A DNA stretch of 64,000 nt from Octopus sinensis. Lineage: Eukaryota. Below the pieces are notes generated by a model. The model was not told where the DNA came from and did no database searches. It saw nothing but the letters and a program-made list of their open reading frames with translations. How positions within the stretch are numbered: the stretch's first letter is position 1; each line of letters starts with the position of its first letter. Where the stretch lies: contig NC_043007.1 of assembly GCF_006345805.1 (NCBI RefSeq), forward strand, positions 2,852,001 through 2,916,000, written 5' to 3'. Made by a program: the position numbers and the translations under genes. This document shows positions 53,645 to 64,000 of the stretch, piece after piece.

Positions 53645-53982
53645 ATATATGTGCGTGAATATACACACGCATATATTTATATACATACATAGGCACACAT
53701 ATACTATACGCAGGCACACGCACATATAACATACATATCCTATGTTTGTTGTTGATAATCCAGAGGCGAATAAATTTCTGGACGAAATAAATATATTGTA
53801 TTTTAAAAAAATAGGATATAATTCAGAGCTAAGTGAACCGAAATCGCCTCAAATGTGATGGGAAAGCGGTAAATACCTATCTTCCCGTTGTTGCAGCTTT
53901 GAATATGATATACTTCGAAATATTCTGTTTCTAATGAGATATAACAGTAAACTATTACAACACATTATTTATGCGAGTTTAA

Positions 53983-54558
53983 GTATGTATGTATGTATGT
54001 ATGTATGTATGTATGTATGTATGTATGTATGTATGTATGTATGTATGTATGTATGCATGCATGCATGCATGCATGCATGCCATTATTCAGTTTATATCAA
54101 GATTTCTGGCCAATAGAGAAAGAAACGGTTTCTAACATAGATCCAAAACTCTTTCACTGAAATTTCAACATCAACAACAGGGGATATTTTTTATGTATGA
54201 ATGTATATATGTATGTGCAAATTTGTATGTTTTATGCATGTATTCTCATGCATATAGTTGCATATACTCATATATATTTAAATGATAAACTTCTGGAAAT
54301 GTTTACAGATTTTTAAAATTCCAGTGATGGATTGGATCTGTAGCATGTATGTATGTATGTATGTATGTATGTATGTATGTATGTATGTGTGTATGTATGT
54401 ATGTATGTATGTATGTATGTATGTGTGTGTGTGTGTAAGTCTGTCTCTATATCATTATTCAGTTTATATCAATATTTCTTGCCAATAGAGAAAGAACCGG
54501 TTTCTAACATAGATCCAAGGCTCTTTCATTTGGATTTCATCAACTACAGGGTATTATG

Positions 54559-54589
<31 letters not shown>

Positions 54590-54600
54590 TTTGTAAGTCT
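53983..54600. repeat. Tandem duplicated unit: (TATG)n plus ~100-bp unique sequence
   Basis: CATTATTCAGTTTATATCAA..GCCAATAGAGAAAGAA.CGGTTTCTAACATAGATCCAA at ~54082 and ~54453. Confidence 0.8.
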
Positions 54601-55478
54601 GTCTGTAAGATACCTAAACGCAAACGCATTATACATTTGAAACGCAGTGTAGATCATCTTCATCCCAAATAGGACATTCTCTTCAGTTTCCTTGATAAGG
54701 TGATTTCAATGTGTGAATTCTTTTGCAAATACAGGAAATCCGGTTTTGCCGATTTACGCAAATATATAGCAACACGATAAGTCCCTGTACATTGATATTT
54801 CTGATTCAAAATAGCAGATAGTGTTATATTTGGTATTTTCAAAGCTTCTGCAAGCAAAGTAAATTTGTTTTAACATAAAATGCTTTGAACTGAGAAACTG
54901 TTTCGCTATTGCAAATCGCCATTCATTGTTTATTCTGGAAAATGAACTCAAGATGCAAATCATAAAGGTGAGAGATGTGATGCAGGTGTCTTTTCTTTTA
55001 AAATGTCCGTTATTGTACAACTCTCAATGCTATAGAAAACAACCCTTTCTGTATATGCTTTGGAAAATAGCAGTTAAATTCCATCACGGTTTGAAGAATT
55101 TCAAATGAAGCACTGAAGCAATGAATCAATGGTTTCAAGTTGCTTGCCATTTAATTGACGTATTTACCGAAAGCCATGTAACAGGAATACGAAGATAAGA
55201 TTATAGCATAGAAATCTTAAAAGAACGGAATGATCATTTGTGAACATTTGAATATATAAATAAGATCCAAATGTAGGAAATATGAACCCTACACCTGGGT
55301 GGTTCACCTCGCCTATTCTTGAGTCCATTTTATACAAAAGCGTCTTAACATGTTAATGTCAATGTCAAATCTCCCGGAGATCACATATTCTTCCGTATTA
55401 AATAGAGAGGAAACTTTCAGCAGTGTAGTCCTAGATAAATATTTAGGACGGTTGTGACCAGTATACAGTTCTTCATAT

Positions 55479-55694
55479 GGGCGGCGAGCTGGGAGAATCG
55501 TTAGCACGCCGGGCGAAATGCTTAGCAGTATTTCGTCTGCCGCTACGTTCTGAGTTCAAATTCCGCCGAGGTCGACTTTGCCTTTCTTCCTTTCGGGATC
55601 GATTAAATAAGTTCCAGTTACACACTGAGGTCGATAGAATCGACTTAATCCGTTTGTCTGTCCTTGTTTGTCCTCTCTGTGTTTAGCCCCTAGG
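55479..55694 (+). mobile_element. SINE family B monomer with TSD
   Basis: GTATAC(A/T)GTTCTTCATA flanks both sides. Confidence 0.92.
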
Positions 55695-56419
55695 TATACT
55701 GTTCTTCATAGGAGTGGTTCATTAGTGGGGACTTAGAAGATATTACCATCTCAAAATTATTCGTTATAGAATTTTATAGACTTTTTACACATTACTTTCC
55801 TTTGAATCCCAACACATTTAATCACCCAATGAAATTTGAAACGTTCTATTCATATTCCCTGCACAAATCTTTCCCTTCAATCACCATAATCAGGTTTGGG
55901 GAAATAATTGTGCTTCTCAAATACGTGGAAGTTTGAAATTACTGAAAGAGTGACCGAATAGTAACCGTTCTTAAAGCAATTATCAGTGGTGGTTGATAAA
56001 GTGTTTTGATGTTCATCTGATTATTGCCTATTTATGAGAGGAGGTTATTGTATCAGTAGAGGAGGTTATCGTTCAGCCTTCAAAGTGGTTTTGCGCTTCC
56101 ATTGATTGTGGCTATGCACTTATAGCCTTCAATTTATTGTGCTGTCCTTGGGACACAATTTAACTTGAAATTATCCAAATGAAATCATGTATTCATTGAT
56201 AGCATCTGTTACTGATATTAAAGAATATTTAAGGGAAATAAGAAAAAAAATAGTAGTAGAAAACAGATTTCTTTGGTCCTTTAATCTATTTTGATATTTT
56301 CTTTTTTGTGTTCATAACATCCTGTTCCATATTTATGCTATGAAATTAGTAAATTTGATAATTTACTAAAAGTTATAATAAATTTAGCGCTATATTTTCT
56401 ACGTGCACCTTCAACTTCA

Positions 56420-56598
56420 GGGTTGAAGTAAGTCGATAACATCGACTCCGGAGTTGGACTGTTATTTATTTTATCGATTCCGAAAGGATGGAAGGTAAAG
56501 ACGACCCCGGTGGAATTTGAACTCAGAACATAAAGACGGATGAAATACCGCAAAGCATTCTGTCTGACGTGCAAACACTTCGACCAGCTCAACGCCTT
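56420..56598 (-). mobile_element. Old SINE B-like copy
   Basis: GGAATTTGAACTCAGAAC and TTTATCGA..CCGAAAGGATG match family B. Confidence 0.78.
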
Positions 56599-57112
56599 CG
56601 TTTCTGTATTAAATTCTGTAACCATTATGTAACGGCTGCTTCTATTTTGTCCTTAACAGTAAAGTTAATATTGCTCTCTCGTTATTTTTTGTTGTTTTTT
56701 ATCATATTATATTGTTGTTGCCACCGTCATATCGTTGCCATTTTTGAGGTAGTTTTATATGAAGATCTGATTTTCTTATAATCGTCTTTCTTAACAAGAA
56801 TGTCACTACTTTCTTATTCTGCTCTCTTGATATAAACCAGATGTTTCTGTAGTCGGTACAACTTCTGTTCTTAACCGCTGGCAGTCAATTATATTAATGA
56901 TTAATACTATTCTTGTTTAACACTTGTCTGAAAACTGAAATTCACAACATTACTAATCAATCAACGGTAGATACACTGTGTACTAAATATCCACACAGTT
57001 AATGTGGCTATCGTGTTAATTTTACTTAATCGAGTCTATATGTACTGAGGAGATACTTAACTCAAAATAAAATCAATTGTGAAGTGTAAATGCAACAGGG
57101 TCACAAATATTA

Positions 57113-57164
57113 TAAACTCCATCGAAATAGTATTTACGGTTTGATCCTATTTCGATGGAGTTTA
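57113..57164. other. Perfect 18-bp inverted repeat, 52-nt hairpin
   Basis: TAAACTCCATCGAAATAG - 16 nt - CTATTTCGATGGAGTTTA. Confidence 0.9.
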
Positions 57165-57359
57165 AGAACTACAGTCTCTCTTGAGAATTTTCATAGGCAA
57201 ACGCCGGATGATACACCTCACATCATTGGTCTTTTTTAAAGCAGGACATTGCTATAAACTGAAAAAATATCATCAGGGAATCGGGTCTCAAACGCAACGA
57301 TACCTAATTCTATAGACACGTCCACAAACACACATGTAAACGATTACTATCACTGAGAA

Positions 57360-57551
57360 GATACACCAGGGGTGAGGAACCAGCAGCCTTAGGGTCGCAT
57401 TCCGTCTGATACACCAGGGGTGAGGAAAAAGCAACCTTAGGGCCGCATGCCGTCTGATACACCAGGGGTGAGGAACCAGCAGCCTTAGGGTCGCATGCCG
57501 TCTGATACACCAGGGGTGAGGAAAAGGCAGCCTTAGGGTCGCATGCCGTCT
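57360..57551 (+). repeat. 48-bp minisatellite x4 made from the hAT left terminus
   Basis: Unit GATACACCAGGGGTGAGGAA(CC/AA)..GCA.CCTTAGGG.CGCAT.CCGTCT at 57360, 57408, 57456 and 57504. Confidence 0.95.
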
Positions 57552-58291
57552 TGTATTTCTCGACCATTATGTGTGACCTTTTGTATGAACCTAAACTTTG
57601 CAGAATAAATCTTTTATTTTTACTATGTTTTTGTTCGTCTTTAATTATTTTTAACTTAACATTAAAATGAAATTATTTAGCATAAGAAAGAGTAAAAGAA
57701 AATCCAACGAAATGATGCTCCCTAACTAATTGCTACAATTAGAAAATTACTAAGTTACAAAAAATATTCCAACACTTGCTCACTCATGATTTAGTTCCAA
57801 TGTGACGGCAAAATTTACGTTAACGTTCCCTCCTGAGTGGCGCCACTACATCTCGAAGATGGTTAGTGAGAGCCCGTGGCGTCCAGTACGCGACTAATTG
57901 ACAACTAGTGACAATGGGGCGCTTACCTTTCCATTTGATGTGGTGGAATTTGAGAATAATTACACGGCCTAACGATATCCGCGTTTTTTATTCACTTCTT
58001 AATAGTCCATAATTTCAAAGAAGAGCAAGAGGGCGCTGTCAGCAAGAATATTACTGTAAACTGAAATGGATGTTTTAATGAGAATTGAGAACTGCAATGT
58101 TATTTTTCGCCCGCTAAAGGTAAGATGGTTTGCTTTCTTTGTGATTCTGCAATCTGGAAATGGATGAAATGCAATGCTCATCGGCATTATGCCACTCATA
58201 TGGACCACAAATATTTCTAATTAGAGGGAGGGGTGCGAAATGTGACATTGCAGAAAATTAAGATGAAAAGCAAGCAAAGACAGCTGTTTAA

Positions 58292-58369
58292 TTGTTCGAC
58301 CGTGGTCGAGACAATGGAATTTACCATGCTACGCCAGACTTCACGGTCCATCATGGCATTACGGAGGTC
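58292..58369 (-). mobile_element. Extremely 5'-truncated RTE LINE copy with TSD
   Basis: Nearly identical to 37495-37571; CTGTTTAA duplicated at 58284-58291 and 58370-58377. Confidence 0.9.
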
Positions 58370-58600
58370 CTGTTTAAAGCGGTGGCAAGACACGGAAATA
58401 ATGCCTCCGAAGCAACTTGTAATTAACTTATTTGCTCGGGAAAGAAAAGGAACCCAATCAACGATGTGGAAATCGTAAAGAAATACATTATCGAAAATTG
58501 AGATGTTTAGAGCCCTTCAAGTTTTCAAAGTAACTAATCGGAGTAACTAATTGGCCTTCAGTGTAACAGAAGTACTTCACACAATAATACCAAGGTATAT

Positions 58601-58660
<60 letters not shown>

Positions 58661-58837
58661 TTAGAGATAAAACCACTATTAGTCAAATGAAACAGTGAAA
58701 AACACAAACCAATACATAAAAATAAAATTAATTAATATAATATACAAAATAATATAAAATATAAAATTCAAAATTTTAATTATTTTAAACTTAAAATTTA
58801 AAAAATTATTTAAATTATTAATTTATACTAATAAATT

Positions 58838-58899
<62 letters not shown>

Positions 58900-58938
58900 T
58901 ATATATACGCGAGAATGAAGCAACAAGAATGGATAGGT

Positions 58939-59029
58939 TTTTAGTACGATCGTTTCATACAAGGACAGGTTTTATTAAAAGTTGCAAAAATTACAGCATA
59001 TAAACGTGTCCCGTACTCATCAGCTAAAA
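58939..59029 (-). ncRNA. Type I hammerhead ribozyme (minus-strand copy)
   Basis: Exact reverse complement of 59677-59767. Confidence 0.75.
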
Positions 59030-59676
59030 TACATGTGAGTCCTCTAGACATCCTAGTTGTTGAGGCTATACTCATGAAGTAATGTAGATAATCAAAAGTT
59101 CATTAAAGATGATGTACAGTCTTATCACAGAATTTCAAAAAAGTCTTAATAGCATCACAGAATTTCAAATAGTTAAATAGCTACAGCCTCTTGTAAATAG
59201 CAGTAATTTGATTAATGTGGCAAATACCTATTCATATAGCAAGATTTGATACCTACCTCATTGTGTTCAACCATTGATAAATTTATCGCCGATGAATATG
59301 AAATTCCTTGGAAATTTACACCTACACCATTGGAAATTGTGCATCTATACAAAGGATTAATTAACCCTCTCTGTAATGCTAATAAGCAGGAATTGAAACC
59401 CACCTCGTTGTAATTGACAATGGATAAATTTCCTTTCTGTGAGTATGTAACCCCTCATCATATCTCAGGAAATTCATATGTGCACTATGGATCGGGTCAC
59501 CTTCTCTGTGATGCTATTAAGACTTTTTTGAAATTCTGTGATGCTATTAAGACTTTTTTGAAATTCTGTGATAAGACTGTACATCATCTTTAAAGAACTT
59601 TAATGAACTTTTGATTATCTACATTACTTCATGAGTATAGCCTCAACAACTAGGATGTCTAGAGGACTCACATGTA

Positions 59677-59767
59677 TTTTAGCTGATGAGTACGGGACAC
59701 GTTTATATGCTGTAATTTTTGCAACTTTTAATAAAACCTGTCCTTGTATGAAACGATCGTACTAAAA
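59677..59767 (+). ncRNA. Type I hammerhead ribozyme
   Basis: TTTTAG (stem I), CTGATGA (59683-59689), 60-nt stem II region (GTACGGGACA...TGTCCTTGTAT), GAAAC-GATC-GTA (palindromic stem III ACGATCGT, GUA triplet), CTAAAA (stem I). Confidence 0.75.
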
Positions 59768-60032
59768 ACCTATCCATTCTTGTTGCTTCATTCTCGCTTA
59801 TAATCACCCCACACTACTGTATTGTTAAATCAGTATAGTTTTTTTTGGTGCATCTAAGTTAGGTACCATATTCAAGTAAATTCATTTAAATTAACTTGAA
59901 TCTTTATTGCTTTTTGTATATATATATATATATATTTATTATTATTATTATTATTTTATAACTATTACTATCAAAAAGTATTAAAAAAGTTTAATATAAG
60001 ATAAAGAGTAATATATACATACATACATATAT

Positions 60033-60205
60033 ATATAAGAGGGAATTTTACCACTATGTGTAAACCCTTATGCTAGAAGAAGATCCGTTTACGTTTCTGG
60101 TGTTTGCTGAATTTTCTAGAGAACAATTCTTAGTGGTTAAGACCATAGCGGATCTGCTTCTAGCATAAGGGTTTCCACATAGTGGTAAAGAATTCCCTCT
60201 TATAT
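60033..60205. repeat. Inverted repeat with ~55-bp arms
   Basis: ATAAGAGGGAATT..TACCACTATGTG.AAACCCTTATGCTAGAAG.AGATCCG is inverted at 60149-60205. Confidence 0.85.
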
Positions 60206-60307
60206 TTATGCATAATACTAACTGAACCTCAGTTCTTTTTTTATAAGCTAGACCACTCGTGTTAAAATTGACGTTATCAAATTAATATCTAGTTTTTCTC
60301 CCTCATT

Positions 60308-60338
<31 letters not shown>

Positions 60339-60745
60339 GGCACAGGAGTGGCTGTGTGGTAAGTAGCTTGCCTACCAACCACATGGTTCCGAGTTCATTC
60401 CCACTGCGTGGCACCTTGGGCAAGTGTCTTCTACTATAACTCCGGGCCGACCAAAGCCTTGTGAGTGGATTTGGTAGACGGAAACTGGAAGAAGCCCGTC
60501 GTATATATGTATATATATGTGTATGTATGTATATGTTGGTGTGTCTGTGTTTGTCCCCCCACCATTGCTTGACAACCGATGCTGGTGTGTTTACGTCCCG
60601 TAACTTAGCGGTTCAGCAAAAGAGACTGATAGAATAAGTACTAGGCTTACAAAGAATAAGTCCTGGGGTCGATTTACTCGACTAGAAGGCGGTGTTGCAC
60701 CATGGCCGCAGTCAAATGACTGAAACAAGTAAAAGAGTAAAAGAG
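60339..60745 (+). mobile_element. SINE family A, full length, inside the hAT
   Basis: Complete head to tail. Confidence 0.93.
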
Positions 60746-63152
60746 ATATATATCATTCAATCTCTTTGGACCAATCAACTGACATACTAGGAGCACGGAT
60801 TTTATCGGGCCATAAGAAATATTTTTATTTGTGATGAAGAGTTACTGGCTTTCGATACATTTACGAGCAGAACACGTGAATATATATCCTCACAAAATTT
60901 TAAGAAGATTGTCATGAAACAGGACTAAATTTGGTTAATCTAGTGAGTCTATGAACAGAACGCGCACCTTCCATGACAGGAAAATATGAAGTGTTTGTTG
61001 CACAGATAAAAAGTATTATCAAATCTAGATGCTCCGATTTCTTATCATTTTATCTTATATCAACACAATCTCTATTCTAAATCTATTATTTTCAGTGGCA
61101 CTTTGTAACAAGTTATAAGTATTGTTAGCTACATTCGCGCAAATGCGAAATAGCTTCGTAAAATGATTAAGTTGGACGATATGGTATTCAGTGTGGATTT
61201 GCCATATCACTGTAAAGTGCGCTGGCTACCACAGCAGCAGGTGTTCGCAAAGATTTTAGTTCTGCGAGAAGAGATAATTAATTTTCATGAAGAACAGAAT
61301 CAAGAATGTGAATTATCGAAAGAATGTTTCTATAGAAACGCACCGTTTCCGTAATATTGTGTCAAAGCAAAGTAACTTGAATATTTCTTTGAAAGGTAAA
61401 TGTAAATGTATATATGATCTGTAAATAAAATTCCAAACACTTCGAAATTTGCTACATTGTTTCAAATCTCTTCTGCTTTCAAAGGAGATTTCGGCTGAAC
61501 ATTTTCCACAGTTGGCAAAGGATATTGATGGACAGAAGGATTTATGTAATTCGTTTGAAGAATACGCAACTTCTTATTTGGAGAATACAATGAAAGGTTC
61601 ACTAACTTTGAGAATCATGACACCACATTCAAATTAGCATTTCAACCTCACCTGGTTGGTGATTCCAAGGCTCCTAAAGCGCTACAGATGGAATTGTTTG
61701 AGCTTTCAGAATATAACCTTTTAAAGTCCATATTTGACACTAAGAAATATCAATTGAAATATGGAAAAAATGCAAGAGAATACGCATAGCTTCGGCAATA
61801 TGCACAAAAGATGCTTTTCCGCTTTTCAATCACTTATTACTGCGAATCTACATTTTCCTGCCTAGCCAAAATCCTGACACCTTTAAGGTCACAAAAGACG
61901 GATAACCATTTAGAGGATCAGCTAAAACTGCTGCCCTCTATGCGGTAGTTTAATATTCAAATATCTTCCCACAAAAACTAGTCACAAGAAATTCATTATA
62001 AGGTTAGTTAACTTTAGATTTAAAAAAGGCTTTTCGTTTCTATTAGGTTAATTAGTACATAATAATTATGTTTACAAAATATCTAATTGAGGTTTCTTGA
62101 ACCCGGACTTATTTGGTTACACCTAAATGCGGTCTTCCAAAGTGATAAAAGTCCCCACGCTTGACATAAACCAGCCCTTTAATTTTTTGACCACGAAAGA
62201 AGTTGCATAGGGCTTTAACTTTAGTCAAACCACAATAGCAAATACGATGTAGCTTAAAGTAGCTTTGCCTAATTACTCATGAGTTAATTCAGGGAAGATT
62301 TACAAGATAATAATTATTTCTCCTAATATAATGTCGACAGTTAAAAACCATTGATCCAGATCACGAAGTATCCAGCCCACGATTAACTTGACAATTATAT
62401 TTGAAATATATTCAAAATCGATTTGAATTATTGGAATATTATTTCTCATTCAGTGTCAATTTTAATGCAGAACCTAAAAGAAAATAGCTACAAGCATTTG
62501 CCTTGATTAATTCTAGAGAAATTAGCATTTTGCGAGTCGTTACTGAAAAAAAATAATACTTGAATATTTTATGTAACCTTTCAGTCGGCAATTATTATAC
62601 ATGTAGCTTGGGGAAATGGAATCGAATCATTAGAATTTCAATCAATGACATAATAAACTCCCTTAAGTCATCTATTTACTCCAAGATACTGAAAACTAGG
62701 GGCAAGGGTGTTAGTAGTGGAATGAAATAACTTGGTCAAATCTTAGTCGCGGTTAACCAAATTTAATTTGATAATTGATTTAAAATCCGACTTTTTAATG
62801 GTTATGATAATTTCGTACAACAACGAGATAACTTCATTTGTTTCTCAAATATACAGTAAGAACAAGGTAAATAAGTCATTCATAACTAACAAATATTCTT
62901 TTTATACAGGTTATTTTTAAATGCTTGGTGTTACTGTAACAAGCCAGTTACGGAATCCTAACTCACTTTCCAACATTATATATCAACCATGAAATAAATT
63001 CTTACACAAAAAGTGATACTCATTGCAACATTTCATACTCAATCCCTGAACGTGCTACATTTTAAAAAGCAGACAAGTGTTTCTATATTCCCTGAATTTT
63101 AAGACTTTATGTATCAAGATTTCTTTAGTGTGAACTGTTAAAAATTGACATA

Positions 63153-63315
63153 CGCAGGAGTGGCTGTGTGGTAACTGGCTTGCTTACGAACCACATGGTT
63201 CCGTGTTCAGTTCCACTGCGTGGAATCTTAGGCAAGTGTCTTCTACTAGAGCCTCGAGCCAACTAAAGCCTTGTGAGTGGATTTGGTAGACGGAAACTGA
63301 AAGAAGCCCGTCGTA

Positions 63316-63366
<51 letters not shown>

Positions 63367-63576
63367 ATACGTTTGTGTGTCTGTGTTTGTCCCCACAACA
63401 TCGCTTGACAAGCGATGCTGGTGTGTTTATGTCCCCGTAACTTAGCGGTTCGGCAAAAGAGACCGGTAGAATAAGTACTACGCTTACAAAGAATAAGTCC
63501 TGTGGTCGATTTGCTCGACTAAAGACGGTGCTCCAGCATGGCCGCATTCAAATGTCTGAAACAAGTAAAAGAGAGA
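63153..63576 (+). mobile_element. SINE family A, near full length
   Basis: Head to tail match. Confidence 0.92.
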
Positions 63577-63941
63577 TACGTTTTAACTGATGTTGTGTGT
63601 TGTTCAATAATTTTTAGATACAATGGTTTCAACCAAAATAACATAACTATAACACACCATTGGATTAAATCTAATCGTAGCTTAAATTTTACACGTGTAC
63701 ATAGCTGCGATGTGGTTGGTTCATTGTAGAATGAAGATTAAATCTTTGTCTAATGTCACAGCTACAATATCTTGGTTAGCATCTGACTTCGGTATCTGAA
63801 TTGCAGGCATTTATCCTCTCCGACTCTTATAGCTAAACCAAGTTTCAACGAAAACAATGGACAACCTGGTGCTTGAGTTTCAGATTTTCCAGAATATGTT
63901 TGTTATCGTAAATCTGGTTCGTTTTCATCAGTTAGGCTTAC

Positions 63942-64000
63942 CTGAGACAAAATTCAAAATATCCGCAACATCGATACCTGTATTCTCGGCTGATAGTACC
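63942..64000 (-). CDS. Candidate exon 3' end crossing the window edge
   Basis: Minus strand ...GTCTCAG|GTAAGC is a consensus donor; open frame VLSAENTGIDVADILNFVS. Product unknown. Confidence 0.3.

Larger units (their letters stand above)
58909..59915. mobile_element. Penelope-like element-derived fold-back (arms 58909-59169 and ~59527-59797, plus tail)
   Basis: About 260-bp near-identical inverted arms, each with a hammerhead motif; inserted in (TA)n. Confidence 0.8.
58030..61990 (+). pseudogene. Interrupted hAT transposase pseudogene
   Basis: FNEN*ELQCYF..GKMVCFLC..AHRHYATH (BED-like); YLLGKK..DVEIVK; SISLDQSTD; LVSL*TERAPSMTGK; DLPYHCKVRWL; TYYCESTFS..RSQKTDNHLEDQLKL (dimerisation). Split by inserts at 58292-58369 and ~58598-60750. 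Confidence 0.88.
57367..62163 (+). mobile_element. hAT (Buster/Charlie, GTF2IRD2-like) DNA transposon, full span, with nested insertions
   Basis: Left end CAGGGGTGAGGAAC and right end GTCCCCACGCTTG. The 8-bp flanks AGATACAC and ACATAAAC match 6/8 with a central TA, as in Buster targets. Transposase relics lie inside. Confidence 0.85.

Noticed and set aside
57360-57551. CRISPR-like regular repeat, and the 16-aa repeat ORF at 57310-57567
   Set aside because: Contiguous tandem units with no unique spacers and no cas genes; explained by the hAT terminus.

Overview
AT-rich, repeat-dense animal genomic DNA, most likely an Octopus or other coleoid intergenic or large-intron region. That assignment is inferred from the SINE families and the extreme (TA)n/(CA)n/(AAT)n/(ATAC)n load. 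No intact protein-coding gene can be supported, and nearly all listed ORFs are microsatellite or SINE artefacts. The window holds many copies of two tRNA-derived SINE families, one of which forms internal dimers and trimers, plus a third SINE type. Decayed elements include a mariner, a Ty3/Gypsy lacking RT, RTE, CR1/L2-like, R4/Dong-like and possibly L1-like LINE remnants, and a GINGER2/KRBA2-like integrase relic. A complete non-autonomous Helitron and a full-span hAT-Buster element with nested insertions are also present. The most striking signal is a set of Penelope-like inverted repeats carrying hammerhead-ribozyme (HHR) motifs. One 890-bp fold-back (58909-59797) has an apparently intact type I HHR on each strand with an unusually long stem II. 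Weaker candidates are a signal-peptide-like first exon, a TATA plus RFX X-box site, a pre-miRNA-sized hairpin and a minus-strand exon crossing the right edge. All alignments were done by eye, so repeat boundaries are approximate.
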